64,000 bases of DNA. It comes from Lepidodermella squamata. Lineage: Eukaryota > Animalia > Gastrotricha. The notes below the pieces were generated by a model. The model saw nothing but the letters and a program-made list of their open reading frames with translations, did no database searches and had not been told where the DNA came from. The number at the start of each line of letters is the position of its first letter. The first letter of the stretch is position 1. The translations under genes were made by a program, and so were the position numbers. The stretch spans positions 620,001 through 684,000 of the forward strand of contig JBLDXI010000013.1 in assembly GCA_047495785.1 (NCBI GenBank), written 5' to 3'. Shown here one piece after another: positions 48,301 through 61,164 of this stretch.

Positions 48301-51300
48301 CCTCAAGCACATTATCGATCGCTACAAGTCCGAAACCCTGTTCATTTCGGCCGGCACTTTGGCTGCCGATGACTCGGTTCTAGATCCGGGCTTCATGTAC
48401 ATGCCAACTGAGTCGCCGACAGCTGATGCAACTTCAACCACGACCGATTCAGCGCGTGATGACCGTCGAGGACAGCGGGTAATTAATTTTGCTGAAATTA
48501 GCCTGGGTAGTAATACAGCTTGAGATGTATTAATAACGCTAAAATAGAGGAAGATGTACTAATTTTAAGGAGGCTGTTTTCTTAGTCACCGACATATCTT
48601 TTATGTTTGTTTCTTTGTATCTAAATAATGCCAGGCCAGTTCAGCTAAAGCCGATACTCGACGAGAATTTCGGGTTTATGACGAAGAGGTGCTTAAAGAG
48701 TTTGATTGATCAGTTTTCCCTTACCTGAAGCTTCATAAATTTACTAAAAAACCCTACTAACACATTATTAGCCATTTCTTTGACTGACTAATCTTAGATG
48801 CTTCATTTGCGTTTCTATTTTAACTATTTGAGTTTTGATTAACTGCATTTTGCTGGATGAGTAACTTGATTGGCTGAAAATGAATCAGAATCGGAATTTG
48901 CGGACGGGTGGTGGCGGGGTATATTACCGCATTTCAACGCACTCCCTGCCAACCGGGCTCTGTTCGTGTTGCATTCAGTTTTGCTATCATCAAACCTAAC
49001 CCAGAGTGTTGCAATTTTTATTATTATTTTTTGCTCCTTTTGGTGGCACTTGGCACCATTCTTAACTAGTTTTTAGATCAATTAACTATTATTTATCGTG
49101 ATGATAATCTTTTTTGTTATTTCCTCTACAGCTCAGAGCCAAGACGCGTTTCTGGGTTCAAGATGAAGATCATCCGGTTGAAGCAATAACAGTTAACCTC
49201 GTTTCGAATTGCTCAGATTGGCCTCAGCGTGAATCTGATGAAACTTGTGAGTTACCGAAAAAAGCCATCGTGCTTTTTTATATTTAATTTTTCACTTTTA
49301 GATTCGTTGTCGATTAGTGCTAGTGGTATTACGATTACTGCCAACGAAGTATGGGGCGTGTTGTACGCCCTGGAAACGCTTTCACAACTCATTCACTACA
49401 ACGGCCTTACCTACCTAGTTCGCGGGGCCTCAGTCCTTGACTGGCCTCGTTTCCGTCACCGCGGTCTCATGCTCGATTCGTCGAGGCACTTCTTGCCCAA
49501 ATCTATTATCAAACATAACATTGTAAGTTGCCGCCTTAATCGTCGATTATAGTGGGTTTTACTCGTGGATATCAATTTTAGGATGCAATGGTTCAAAACA
49601 AGTTTAACGTCTTTCACTGGCATTTGTCGGACGACCACTCGTTCCCGCTGCATTTGAACTCATTCCCGAACTTTGCTCGACAAGCGGCGTACTCGCCGGA
49701 ACAGGTCTACTCGCACATGGACGTGCAGGAGATCATCGAGTACGCCCGAGTTCGCGGCATCCGAGTCATGCCGGAGATCGACTCGCCCAGCCACGTGTTT
49801 TCGTGGCGCCACCTGCCCACCGACATTCTGACGCGTTGCTACGGCAGCGACGGCGTGCCGACCGGCGATGTTGGCCCGCTCGACCCGACCAACAACCACA
49901 CGTACGAAGTGCTGGCGAAAGTCCTCAACGAAATCGCTCAGTTGTTCCCGGACCGTGCGTTCCACGCCGGCGGCGACGAGGTACCGCTGACCTGCTGGGC
50001 CACCAACCCTGACATCACCGATTTCCGCAGTAAATTCAAGCACTTGAGCCCTGTACCTAACCAGCCGGTTCTGCGGCTCGAGGACCTGGTGACGCTGTAC
50101 AACCAGAAACTGTTGTCGATTATTCGCGACACGCGGCCTCAGGATGAACAGCCGCCGCAGGTCGTCATGTGGGAAGAGGCGTACAAGAACGACTGGAACC
50201 TGTCGAAAAATGTCACGCTGCACGTTTGGATCAGTGATCAGAACTTGGTGAAGTTCCTGTCAGATCGGGGCTACCAGGTTCTGTACTCGCAGTGTTGGTA
50301 CCTCAACTACATCAATTACGGCGTTGATTGGATCAAATTCTACCGATGCGATCCGTCCAAAATCGGCCAGTTCGGTAATTATTATTTCCATTTAATCCTG
50401 GGATATTTATTTAGTGCTCTAGACAATTTGACATTTAAAACAGTCTAATAAATTGGCGATCCTACTTTTAGCAGAACCAAATTTTGATTTTATTTGCAAA
50501 ATTATGTACATTTTTCTAGGAATTTCTTTTTTAAATTATTAAAAAATATAGGACATCAATAGTTCAGCCCCAATTTTTTAAACTTGGTTCCGCTTATGCA
50601 TATTCTGATGATTTGAGACCGATCCATCCCTTTCGGGAAAGAAGACCACGGCCACGTGGTTTCGTGTTGGGCCTCAGGATGAACTTTTTGCTCCAATTTG
50701 TGTACAAAATTAACTTGGATAGATTGTTAATTTGCTATTGATTTTATTCAATTGTTCCAACTCGTAGCTCGAAACGTTATTAGGTTTTCTGAATTTTGAA
50801 CGCAATCGTGATAAAAATTTGTCCGAATTGAAATCGTTATCAAAGATTTATGGTTCGAGCTATCCCGGGGAGATTTTCGTAACTATTATTAAAATGCAGA
50901 AATCTGGAAAAATTGTCAATTTCTCCCTTATTTAGGCCAATTTCCATTATTTAAGTTGTCTATTGTCATACCCTTATTTATTATTCTTGTAATTTTAGTG
51001 CTCATTCCGAAAGACACGAATGTGGCTGGAGGCGAAGTCTGTTTATGGGGCGAGTACATTGACGAGACCAACCTGATGTCGACGCTGTGGCCGCGTGCTT
51101 CCGCCGTTGCCGAGCGCCTCTGGTCGAACATGACCGTCACCGACATCACGTACGCCGGCCGCCGGCTCGAGGAGCACCGGTGCCGCATGCTGCGCCGCGG
51201 CTTCGCAGCCGCGCCAGTCTCCGGGCCGGGCACGTGCGGCGACAGCGCGTTCCGGCCGAGCCACCGGCTGCGCGACTACAAGTTGTACGAAGCGACGCAC

Positions 51301-51834
51301 AAGATGAAGAGCCCGCGGAACAGCGCCGGCGCCGGCAGCTCGCTCGGGCTGGGCTACAACCCGGTTTCAGCCAACCTGAGCCACGGCTTCGGCAACGCCA
51401 GCAACCACTTCTACACGGGCCACCGCGGCGGCCTGTCGGACAACGCGCTGTTCACGGACGGTGACACGATCGCCATGTGCCAGCGCCTGCTGCTCAGCCA
51501 GCAGAACCAGCCCAACTACCAGGACGGGCTGTTCCGCACCGGCATCCAGTACACGGTGCAGGGCAACTTCCACTTCAGCGTCGAGTCCGTCCTGCAGCTG
51601 ACCTTCATAGCCGTTGTGATAATCGCGTGCTTGCTGATGTGCCGTGGCCGCCGCATGGGCCACGGTCTCAAGGTCTTTCGCCCCGTCATGGAGCGCATCT
51701 ATGTCCTCTGTCCGAAAACCGCTACCGCCGCGTCGTCGAGCCCATCGCCGGGCGTGGGCGGCGGCGGCGGGGCGTCATCGTCCCGATCGGCGCCTGTCCC
51801 CATCGCAATTCCAGCCGACAAATTGAAGCCTTGA
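45360..51834 (+). CDS. GH20 beta-hexosaminidase 1 with low-complexity N-extension and C-terminal transmembrane helix
   Basis: Signal peptide; PWPLPQ; [18 protein letters not shown]; [10 protein letters not shown]; HAGGDE; [24 protein letters not shown]; hydrophobic [17 protein letters not shown]. Confidence 0.92.
47360..47949 (+). CDS. Alternative first coding exons of hexosaminidase 1
   Basis: ATG|gt at 47360-47364; stop-free exon 47640-47949 with hydrophobic [16 protein letters not shown]; phase-1 donor compatible with the exon at 48051. Confidence 0.6.
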
Positions 51835-52685
51835 GAATTATAGTAGCTGACTTTTTACATCACATGCAATCAGTCTGTTTTTGGTACATATTTCATCATC
51901 TCACGCCGTCGACCTGAGTTCGACGAAAAATTGCGACGAAATAACACTACTTGCGGTTGTTGCCTTGTCTTTTTTACCTAACGGTTATATTATTATTTTA
52001 ATTTCGAATTTTTCACGCGCTAATTCGAAGAACATGCGATATCAAAAGTTCCGTCTCCTCTTCTTTTGTTTTCCTGCCAATTTTTTTCGTATGGCACATG
52101 CGTAACGAGATTTAACGTCTGCTCTTGTTGGTTTTGTTCGTTTTGGCGACTGCGAAACAGTGATTTCAGATAATAAAAAAAATAGGTATCGAATAATTTT
52201 ACGTTGAAATATATAGGCCGTTTTAGCTGATTCATGCAACACTTGTCGGGTGTCTTGCGCCTGTGATTGATATATTAATTTAAATATTATTATTAATGTA
52301 AAAAACAAAGCTTGGTTTTTGCGTTATCTCTCTCTCTTTCTCTCTCTCTCCTATATATCTATCTCTCTTAAAAATACCGGAAGCTATGCGATGTGTATAT
52401 AGTTGAAAGCGAAAAGACTTATTATTATTATGATTATTATTATTGCGGATACTTCGGATATGAAGTGTTACCAAAAGACTTTGTTGAAAAGATTCAATAA
52501 ACACAGAAAATGATTTTTTGAACTGTTTTGTTGTTTTTGCATTCGGCGAAAGCACGTGCCAGTAATTATTCACGTCGAGAGCACGCGAACTCATCGGGTA
52601 TTAAAAAAGTTCGAACTAGTTCATGTTCGCAATAGATAGAGCTGGCCCTACGATGAGTATTTGACTTCATTGACACAAAAACATC

Positions 52686-54937
52686 ATGTTCGTCCACGAA
52701 AATCTTCTCGTACTGCTGGGCATTTTTCTGGCCTTTTCAAGTGCCCAGCAAATAGGTCGTCCTCTTCATCCAGTTCCAAGGGCGCATCATGCAAACATCT
52801 TTAAGTCTTCTGACGCGTCAACGCCCGCTACAACTCTCTCGCCGCCAGCTCCGGCGAATCCGAGAGATGCGGCGTTAATTCTGAAAGGCAGGTCTGACTT
52901 CCTAATCGTCCCTCTAGCCTCATCGAACGACAAAAATCAACCGAGGTATGGGCATTTTTCGAAGACCGTTAATTTGACAGCATTATAATTCATTTTGAAG
53001 AGCAAAAAGTGCGAATAAGCCTTCGATATGGCCTTTGCCATATTTTACGTCGGAGATCCATGAGTATTATCGTATCGACCCGGCTGCTTTGGAATGGACA
53101 GTGGCATCACCTAGGATGTCTAGTTGCCAATTCCTTGAAACAATTATTGACCGGTATAGACTGAGCAATCTTTATCAACTCGGCAAAAACAAGTCAGAAG
53201 ATGAGGTAACTTTCCACGAAATTATTTTATTGGAAACACTACGAATCTCAAGCATTCCAGCCGGGCTTTGATCATCGAGAACCGACAACTTCAATGAAGT
53301 CGATTAAGCGAATCTTCATTTATCTGAGCCGTGTGACCTGCGATAATTGGCCGAATCGTTTCAGCGATGAATCTTGTAGCGTTTTTCTTGACGAATAAGT
53401 GCTAGCAAACAAAATTTATTCTTATAGATTCGCTAACAGTGGATGATGGTACGATCAACCTGACTGCCGACGAAGATTGGGGACTGATCTATGGCTTGGA
53501 AACCCTAACTCAGCTAATTTTCCGGTCAGGCGGTTCCTACTTCATTCCCAAGGTTTACGTCAAAGACCATCCGAAATATATACATCGAGGGCTATTTCTC
53601 GATTCAACTGCAAGCTATTTACCATTGGAAACAATCAAACAAACAATTGTAAGCACTATGACGATAATTAGGAGTGCTATGTATTTGAATCTGCTTTCAG
53701 GACGGGATGCTTCAAAACAAACTGAACGTCTTACAATGGCGCATAGCGGGCGAAAAAGCTTTCATGCTTAAGCTGAATGCTCTACCTTCATTTTCCAAGT
53801 CAACCAATTTTTATTCGCGCGCTGATGTGCAAGATCTGATCGAATACGCTCGGCAACGAGGTGTCAGGATTGTCCCAGAAATTGCAGTTCATAACGACGT
53901 TGCATCATGGCGGCACGTTCTTCCCGAAGATATATTTCTGCCCTGCGGAAATTTGCACGTGCTGAACCCTATCAGCCGGCATACTTATTCAGCGATAAGG
54001 AGGATTTTCTCGGAGGTCGCCGAACTTTTCCCGGATCATACGCTGTCGGTAGGAGGTGCGGATGGCATGTTTCCGTTGTCATGTTGGCAAAATGCGACAG
54101 ACCTGATGTTGAGTTTGGGGAAGAATATTGACGACGAAAGGATGAATAAGGATATTATTAAACTTCATTACAATATCAGCAATGATCCACGGGATTTGAT
54201 GCTTGTGTTTCACAAGCGAATTCAGCATATTCAAAAGGAAACGGCTCAACTGTTGGGAAACGAGCATCCCCTCATGATCATAGGCGACTACGCTTATCGG
54301 CAAGCTCCGAGAATGATAAAAACTGGAGTGGCTATTCATGTCACCCAGAGTGGCGATCATCGATTCATTCAACGTTTGGCCGAAAAGGGATTCAGAATAA
54401 TTTCTTCGTCATGTTGGTGGTCTTCAAATAGCAAATCAATAGAAGATTTTTCGAAATCAATTTATGAATGTGATCTTTCTACAAAGGAACACGGTACATT
54501 TGGATATTTTATACCCAATTATTGTTCTATCAGTCGTTTCTTTTCCTGTCGAATACATAAGGTTGGCCCAGCTTTTTGGGTGGAGTATTCGCTGATCATC
54601 ATCATGATTTTAGCGGGGAAGAATTTTGGAGCCGCGTGCCTCTTGTTGCTGATCGTCTTTGGTCGAGCAAACAACTTTTCGATCAAGGTAAAGGAAGAAC
54701 TAATTCAGTACATAGCTTGGAATAATATCAATTATGTAGAATTTCTGCGCCACAATCGCCGCAGATTGAAGCAGCATCGTTGCAGAATGTTCGAGTGAGT
54801 ACAGTACCAATCTTCGATATGCTTACTTTGAGTAATAATTTCTTTTTTTTAGGCGAGGCTTTTCTAATATAGGCAGCCCCGCCGACTGCAAAGCTCTACA
54901 AGAGTTGAAAAAGAAAGTGCTTTTGCCGGTTGCTTAA
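52686..54937 (+). CDS. GH20 hexosaminidase-like protein 2, catalytically degenerate
   Basis: Signal peptide; DHPKYIHRGLFLDS; NKLNVLQWRI; GVRIVPEI; SVGGADG replaces HxGGDE; VADRLWS; HRCRM. Confidence 0.85.
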
Positions 54938-55340
54938 ATGACTTTTTTACCGTATCGAGTATCTGAGCTATAGAATAATTTAATCGGCTATAAAATCGAA
55001 ATACACGAATAAAGAAGAATGAGATCATCGATTGGTTTTTTCCTCTGATTCTACTGCTTTTGTATCCACACAATATGACGGTCCGGATTTTTTCATTGGA
55101 ATTTTACAAGAGCGAGCGCTAATCCGCGATCGCGTGCCGATGATTGTTAGGCTTTTTGGATTTATCGTAAAAAATACAAATAAATGCATTTTTCCACACT
55201 CATAACATCTGTTGCTCGGCGTGTGTAGCTTCATTTTTCCAGCTGCGAGCCTGTCATTAGGCACTTATTTATTCACCAGTGAGTTGTAGTACGAGTAGTA
55301 GTGGTAGTTGTGGTTGTAATATAGCAGTCGATGCGACGCA

Positions 55341-58300
55341 ATGGATAGAAGTACCTTGCTATGCCTTCTGATGATGCTAACTAGCGTATGGGCTGCCGAG
55401 CGTCTGAAGCATTACAGCCATCATCATCATCATGCCGATCAGTCGCCAAACGTTGCTCAAGTCGATGCCGAAAATAACGACCAATTGGAGCAGAACTATT
55501 ACGATGACCAGTTGGCGAGGCATCGCGTGTCGAAAACAGCCAACGCCGATCAAGCACAGTATGAAAATGAGGAGCGTGAACGTAAGGATGACGTAGGAGC
55601 CTCGGTCGAAACACCGCTTACCACCGTAATAGCCATGCCCGATCAAGAGCATCACGATGGGCCACAAAGTTCGTCATTTTTTGCCCGAAAACACCTCAAA
55701 GATGCGATTGAAGTGAAGCAAGTGACAGCCACGACCGCCACAACGCAGCGACCTCCTCTCGAGCCATCAAAGTTGCCGAGGAAGGCAACAACGAAGCGGA
55801 AACAGATAACGACGAGAGATGTGAAGAGGCAAGCAGATCGCAAAAATGAAACGCCCGTCAAGCTCAAGCGTAATCTCCCGATGAAAAAGGTTTCAACGCG
55901 GCAGAATAATCACTCAAATCATCAGAGTAATCAGGTTGTTGGGCCTGCCGGAGAAATGACACAGGTTTCGAATCCAGCTTTTTTTACCAAAATATATCGC
56001 CTTATTTTCTTTGCCTAGGAAGCAGGGGTTAATCAAGCGAAAAAACCAACAAAGAGAGCTTCGATCAGGAAAAAGCACGCCGTTGGTGTTGGCGAAACCC
56101 AAACACATGACCTGGTCAAACCACCCGTTGTCAAGTTGAAGCTCACGCCTAGTTACGACAACCAAAAGCCAGAAGAGGAAGATTACAACGAAGCTATAGC
56201 GCCTGAAGCCAACAATGCAAAGCCAGCTCATAGCAAATTGAAAATAAATCCGCACCGCGTCTCGTCGTTCTTCGCAAAGAAACATCTCAAAGCAGCTCAG
56301 GAGGAGGAGGAAGAGGAGGAAGAAAAAATCGACGAGGCTTCGACCGACGCTGAGCAAACGCTCGTGACGGAAGCGGCAGAAAATGAACAAATTGATGAGC
56401 AAAAGGAAAATCATGAAAATCTACATCGACAGTACGAGGAGCGGATCAAACGAAACAAGCCGTCTATCAGATCCACCTTGAGGCAAAATCCTACTACCAC
56501 CAAGCCTGAAGTTATTGGTAAGTTAGGCTCGCGCTGTTAACACTCGACAGTACATTCCTATCACTGCAGATGAAAACAAGTTGCGCGCCGAGCTGCTGGA
56601 GAAAAAAATTATGATGGGTCGAATTAAACTTTCGAATACTGATTTTCTTGCAGAGTAATCACGCGCCAAACCAAACTTTGAACGTTTTATATTGTTTTTC
56701 AACCCTGATTTAGGTACGGATTAGGACAGCAGTATTCGTTGCGTTACTCGCCTCCCCCAAAAAGCGAACCCTGGCCAATGCCTCAAGTTTTCATGTCCCC
56801 CGATGAGCTGTACGACATCGATCCGTCTCAAATCAGTTTTGAAATCGCCAATCGCAAGCCTGAATTTATCAAGAACTGCTCGGCTCTTGAAAGCATTCTC
56901 GATCGCTACAGGGAACTGCTGTTCAAATCGGCACGTCAAATAGCCATTGCTGACGCCATGTTGCCGCCTGGTGCGGTCTATATGCCGACCTTCAAATATC
57001 CTCTGCCTAAGCGGAATGTCACGCATAAATTCGAAAATCACACCACCAGACCAAGCTTTTTTGAACGGAGAGTCATAAGACGGATGAATTCGGTGAGTTT
57101 TTCTCAAATTTGAATTTTAATAATTGTTCGAAATGTTTAGCCCAAAGATGGCCCAACTGGTGACTCGGTTCCAGTTTGGACCCGAGAAGGTCCGCTATCA
57201 TCATTTAAAATAAGCATTTCGATTCGATCTGGCTGCTCCGAATATCCTGGCTTGAACTCGAAAGAATACTGTAAAAACTTCCCACTGTTAAATTTCCAGT
57301 ATAATTCCGATATTTCACGAATCTTCAGATGGACTAGAGATTACTAGAGCCGGGATCACAATTGACGCTCCGGAGGTTTGGGGCGTTTTGTACGCATTGG
57401 AGACCCTATCCCAAATGATTTTCATTGACGAAGCGAAAACGACCTATTTGGTTCGTGCGGCCTCGATCGAAGACTGGGCGCGTTTCAAACACCGTGGACT
57501 ACTGCTCGATTCATCCCGCCATTTTCTGCCCATCTGGGTTCTCAAGCAAAATATCGTAACACTTCCCTAATTCAAATAATTCGCGTCATTTTAAACAGTT
57601 TTCAATGTTTTTAGGATGCAATGGTCCAAAATAAATTCAACGTCTTTCACTGGCATTTGTCCGACGATCAGTCGTTTCCGCTGTACTTGAGCTCGTTTCC
57701 AGAATTCGCTAAGCTGGCTGCCTATTCGCCAGATCAAATCTACACGCCGAGTGATGTTCGCGATCTCGTTGAATATGCGCGAGTTCGCGGCGTTCGCGTT
57801 ATGCCCGAAATTGACACGCCGAGTCACGTGTTTTCGTGGCGCCACTTGCCGGAAGCCATTATGACCGAGTGCTACAGCGGCAGTCGACCGAACGGCGACA
57901 TCGGCCCGCTTGATCCAACAAAGGAGGAGACGTACGACGTGCTGAAGAAAATGTTAGGCGACGTTGCCCAAATGTTTCCGGACGCTGCTTTCCACGCTGG
58001 TGGCGATGAGGTCCCGAAAAATTGTTGGATTTCCAATCCGAACATTTCTTCTTACCGCCGCGAGCATAAGAAGCCAGCCGCGACAGAGAATTCACCCGGC
58101 CAGCCGTCGCGTGTTTTCAACCCGGATGAATCAATGTTGAGCCTGCAAGAAGTTGTAGCTCAGTACAACCGGCGTTTGCTTAGCTTGTTCCAGTCAAGTC
58201 GAGAAGGTAACGAAACGGCTAGTGACGACGACCCGCATATGGTGATGTGGGAGGAGGCGTACGAAAATGACAACTCGATCTCACGTGACGTCGTCATTCA

Positions 58301-59386
58301 CGTTTGGAAGAACGGCCAAAACACTGTCAAATTTTTGATTGACCAAGGATTCAAAGTTCTGTTCTCTCAGTGTTGGTACCTCAACTACATCAGCTACGGT
58401 GTTGATTGGCAAAAGTATTATCAATGCGATCCTACAATTCTCGGACAAAACGTTGGCCCTCGTAAGATTTGAAATTTCAATTTCTTTAAATGAGATTGAA
58501 TCTTGTCTGAACTCAGAGCTATCAGCAGAAGATACTGGTATCTTGGGCGGTGAGGTAAGTGAGTCATCCTGCTGATTGGTATTATGACTAGCCGATTGTC
58601 TATTTAATTAGGCTTGTATGTGGGGTGAATACATCGATGAAACGAATCTCATGTCAACGCTATGGCCCCGCGCGTCCGCTGTCGGTGAAAGACTATGGTC
58701 CGATCGTAAAATAAAAGACGTTGTGAGCGCAGGTCGGCGTCTAGAGGAACACAGATGCCGAATGCTAAGGTTTTTGGCAATTTTTCTCAAATAAATGTTT
58801 TACAACCAAGTTTTTTAGGCGCGGCATCCCAGCAGCGCCGATCTCCGGCCCTGGCACTTGCGGCGCATCAGAATTCGTTTCGATTTCTAAACTGAAGCGA
58901 AGTGAGGCTGGAGAAGCTATTGAATCCGACCAAAAAGATAACGCTGCTGACGATTCAAAGGCTAAGAAAGTGATTGAAGGAGGAGTTGCAGTTTTGGAAT
59001 TCGACAGCGAGTGCAATAGGTTCGGAGCGAATTGTCCGAAGCCTTCCCGAGGCCTATTTTATGGACAAAACGCCGTCAAATCAGGCAGTATCATCTCGAT
59101 TCGCATCAACTACAGCAACGATCACTATGCTGAAATCGCCATCGATGCTGCTTCGTTGTGCCTGATTGGAGCTGTTATGCTTGTTATTGCTTTAGCTTGT
59201 TCGTCAACGCGCCGCAGCGGCTTGAAGTACCTTCGTCCGATATTTTCGATTTTCAGCCGGCGAGGTGCGTCAGATCGCGTTGTAGGCGGGTTCATTTCCA
59301 CACCTTCGCCTCGATCCTACAACTCGCCGCATGATGGTGCTAGCGGGAAAAAGCCATTGGTGAAACATCACATCAGTATTGACTAG
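55341..59386 (+). CDS. GH20 beta-hexosaminidase 3 with long charged N-extension and C-terminal transmembrane helix
   Basis: Signal peptide; PWPMPQ; [14 protein letters not shown]; HAGGDE; [22 protein letters not shown]; hydrophobic [15 protein letters not shown]. Confidence 0.92.
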
Positions 59387-59750
59387 AAATAGACGCTTTG
59401 AGACTTTTTTGTTCAAACTATTCAATTGCATCAATTCATGTGATCTTCTTCTCTCTGAAACGTCAAATCTATTGCCTCTTTTTCTAGGCGCAGGACATCG
59501 CCAACATCGCCAAGTTTGTTGTGTTGTATTGGATGAAGTTATTCGCTGTTTTTTTGAGCGTGTCATCTACCTATATTATTATGAATAAACCAAATTGAAT
59601 GAATGACGCCCACACAGGTTGCACTTTGATGCGCTCGATTCACCCAAAATACGGCGTTGTCTGAATGGATGATTCACGGTTTGCGCCCCACGACGAGGCT
59701 CACAGACAGAGTCATTCAAAAATATATATCTTAATTCCAAACGGCAAAGT

Positions 59751-60962
59751 ATGGTGACAATTTTTGGGTTAACTCTTTTCGTTTTTGTATCGTTATCCTC
59801 GCCTGCGAGAGGTTACACAGTCGGCAATAGTAAGGAAATTTTCGGAATAAGGAATTTTAGGAAAACAAATATTTTTGTTTAGCATGTAGCACTGACACGG
59901 ATTGTGGTGGGCCAACCACTGAGGTATTTTGTGGCAAAGTTAACTACGATCCTCCCTGCCAAAAGGTAAAAGCAAGCCGGAATAATATTTTCATGACTTA
60001 ATAGTGCCAACTCTCAGGGAATGTGCATGTGTCGGACGGGATACAAGTTCAACGTATCCAGTTGTGTTGCAAGTACTAGACCGCATCAGAATTCTGAAGA
60101 TGATCGTTAATTACATGATTTTTCAGCTTCAACTACGACGGGTTACGCCGAATTCGATGGCGAGTGCGAAGGGGCCGCTTCGTCCCTTAGCAAAACTTGC
60201 AATGTCGCCGTTGGAATGATGTGCAACGCGGCTTCTGGAAAGTGCATCTGTATTCCAAGCACTTCTTACTCGGCTTCAACAAAGACTTGTGGCGTCCGTA
60301 AGAAACAAATAAATGAAGGGTTGACTCGGGAATTTTTCTTATTTGTATTTTGATAGGCCAGTTCGGCGATGCTTGCTCATTCACGGGCGAATGTGACACC
60401 GGAACCTACACAACTTTTCTGAACGCTGGTGGAGGACCTGTAAGTTCTGCCGAGCAATTTATCTTCATTCTGTAGCTATATAATAAATACATTTTAGCTA
60501 TGCTCTACGACTTGCACCTGCAAATCTGATTTCAAGCAAGTTGCGCGCCTAAAACTTGATGACACCTCATCGTCGACGAAAACGATTCAAATTTGTCTGA
60601 AAGGTTAGGAAACGATATTGTACTAAGTTCGTGATTACTAAACATTATTTTTATGCCAGATTACGATGCTGATCTTGCCAAAAACAAAACGTGTACTTTA
60701 GTGCCGGAATCTATCGCTGCAAGTGGCGCTCAAGTTTGCAGTTCGTCCCTGATTTGCGCGAAATGCCCAGAAGACTCTGCGTCAGCTACAACAGGAGTGT
60801 GTAGAAGCTTCAACGGAGGTGCCAATGGTAAATTTAACCATCGGATAACTTGAAGCTGCTAATTTTCCATTTTTTCCAGGTCAACCAATGTTGGAGCCGA
60901 CTAGAATGACCTGCATTGTAGTGATTTTTTCTTTTGTCGCGATCACTGCTAAAATGGGCTGA
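59751..60962 (+). CDS. Secreted Cys-rich (EB/EGF-like module) protein 1 with hydrophobic C-terminus, possibly GPI-anchored
   Basis: MVTIFGLTLFVFVSL..CSTDTDC..CMCRTGY..FGDACSFTGECDT..GAQVCSSSLICAKCPE; many short exons. Confidence 0.7.
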
Positions 60963-61164
60963 AGAAACGATGCGCTGTCGCATTGGCCTCATTCCTGAAT
61001 GCGCCTTGTTTGAATTGCTCTTTTTGAAATTGTGAAAGGAAACGGCTTTTGATTAAAACACGCAGCAACATGAATAAAAAATATGGTGTTCCTTTCAACA
61101 TTTTCCGCTGGTTTGTAAAATAAGGCGTAGCAGTCGAGACCTACATATGATATCGGGGAACTCC

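Noticed and set aside
49660-51917. Many overlapping antisense and alternative-frame ORFs
   Set aside because: Expected shadows of a GC-rich, codon-biased CDS
54494-54740. Hydrophobic transmembrane-like segment in the 363-aa ORF of hexosaminidase 2
   Set aside because: Comes from reading through introns in the wrong frame; the spliced frame gives ..FWSRVPLVADRLWS..
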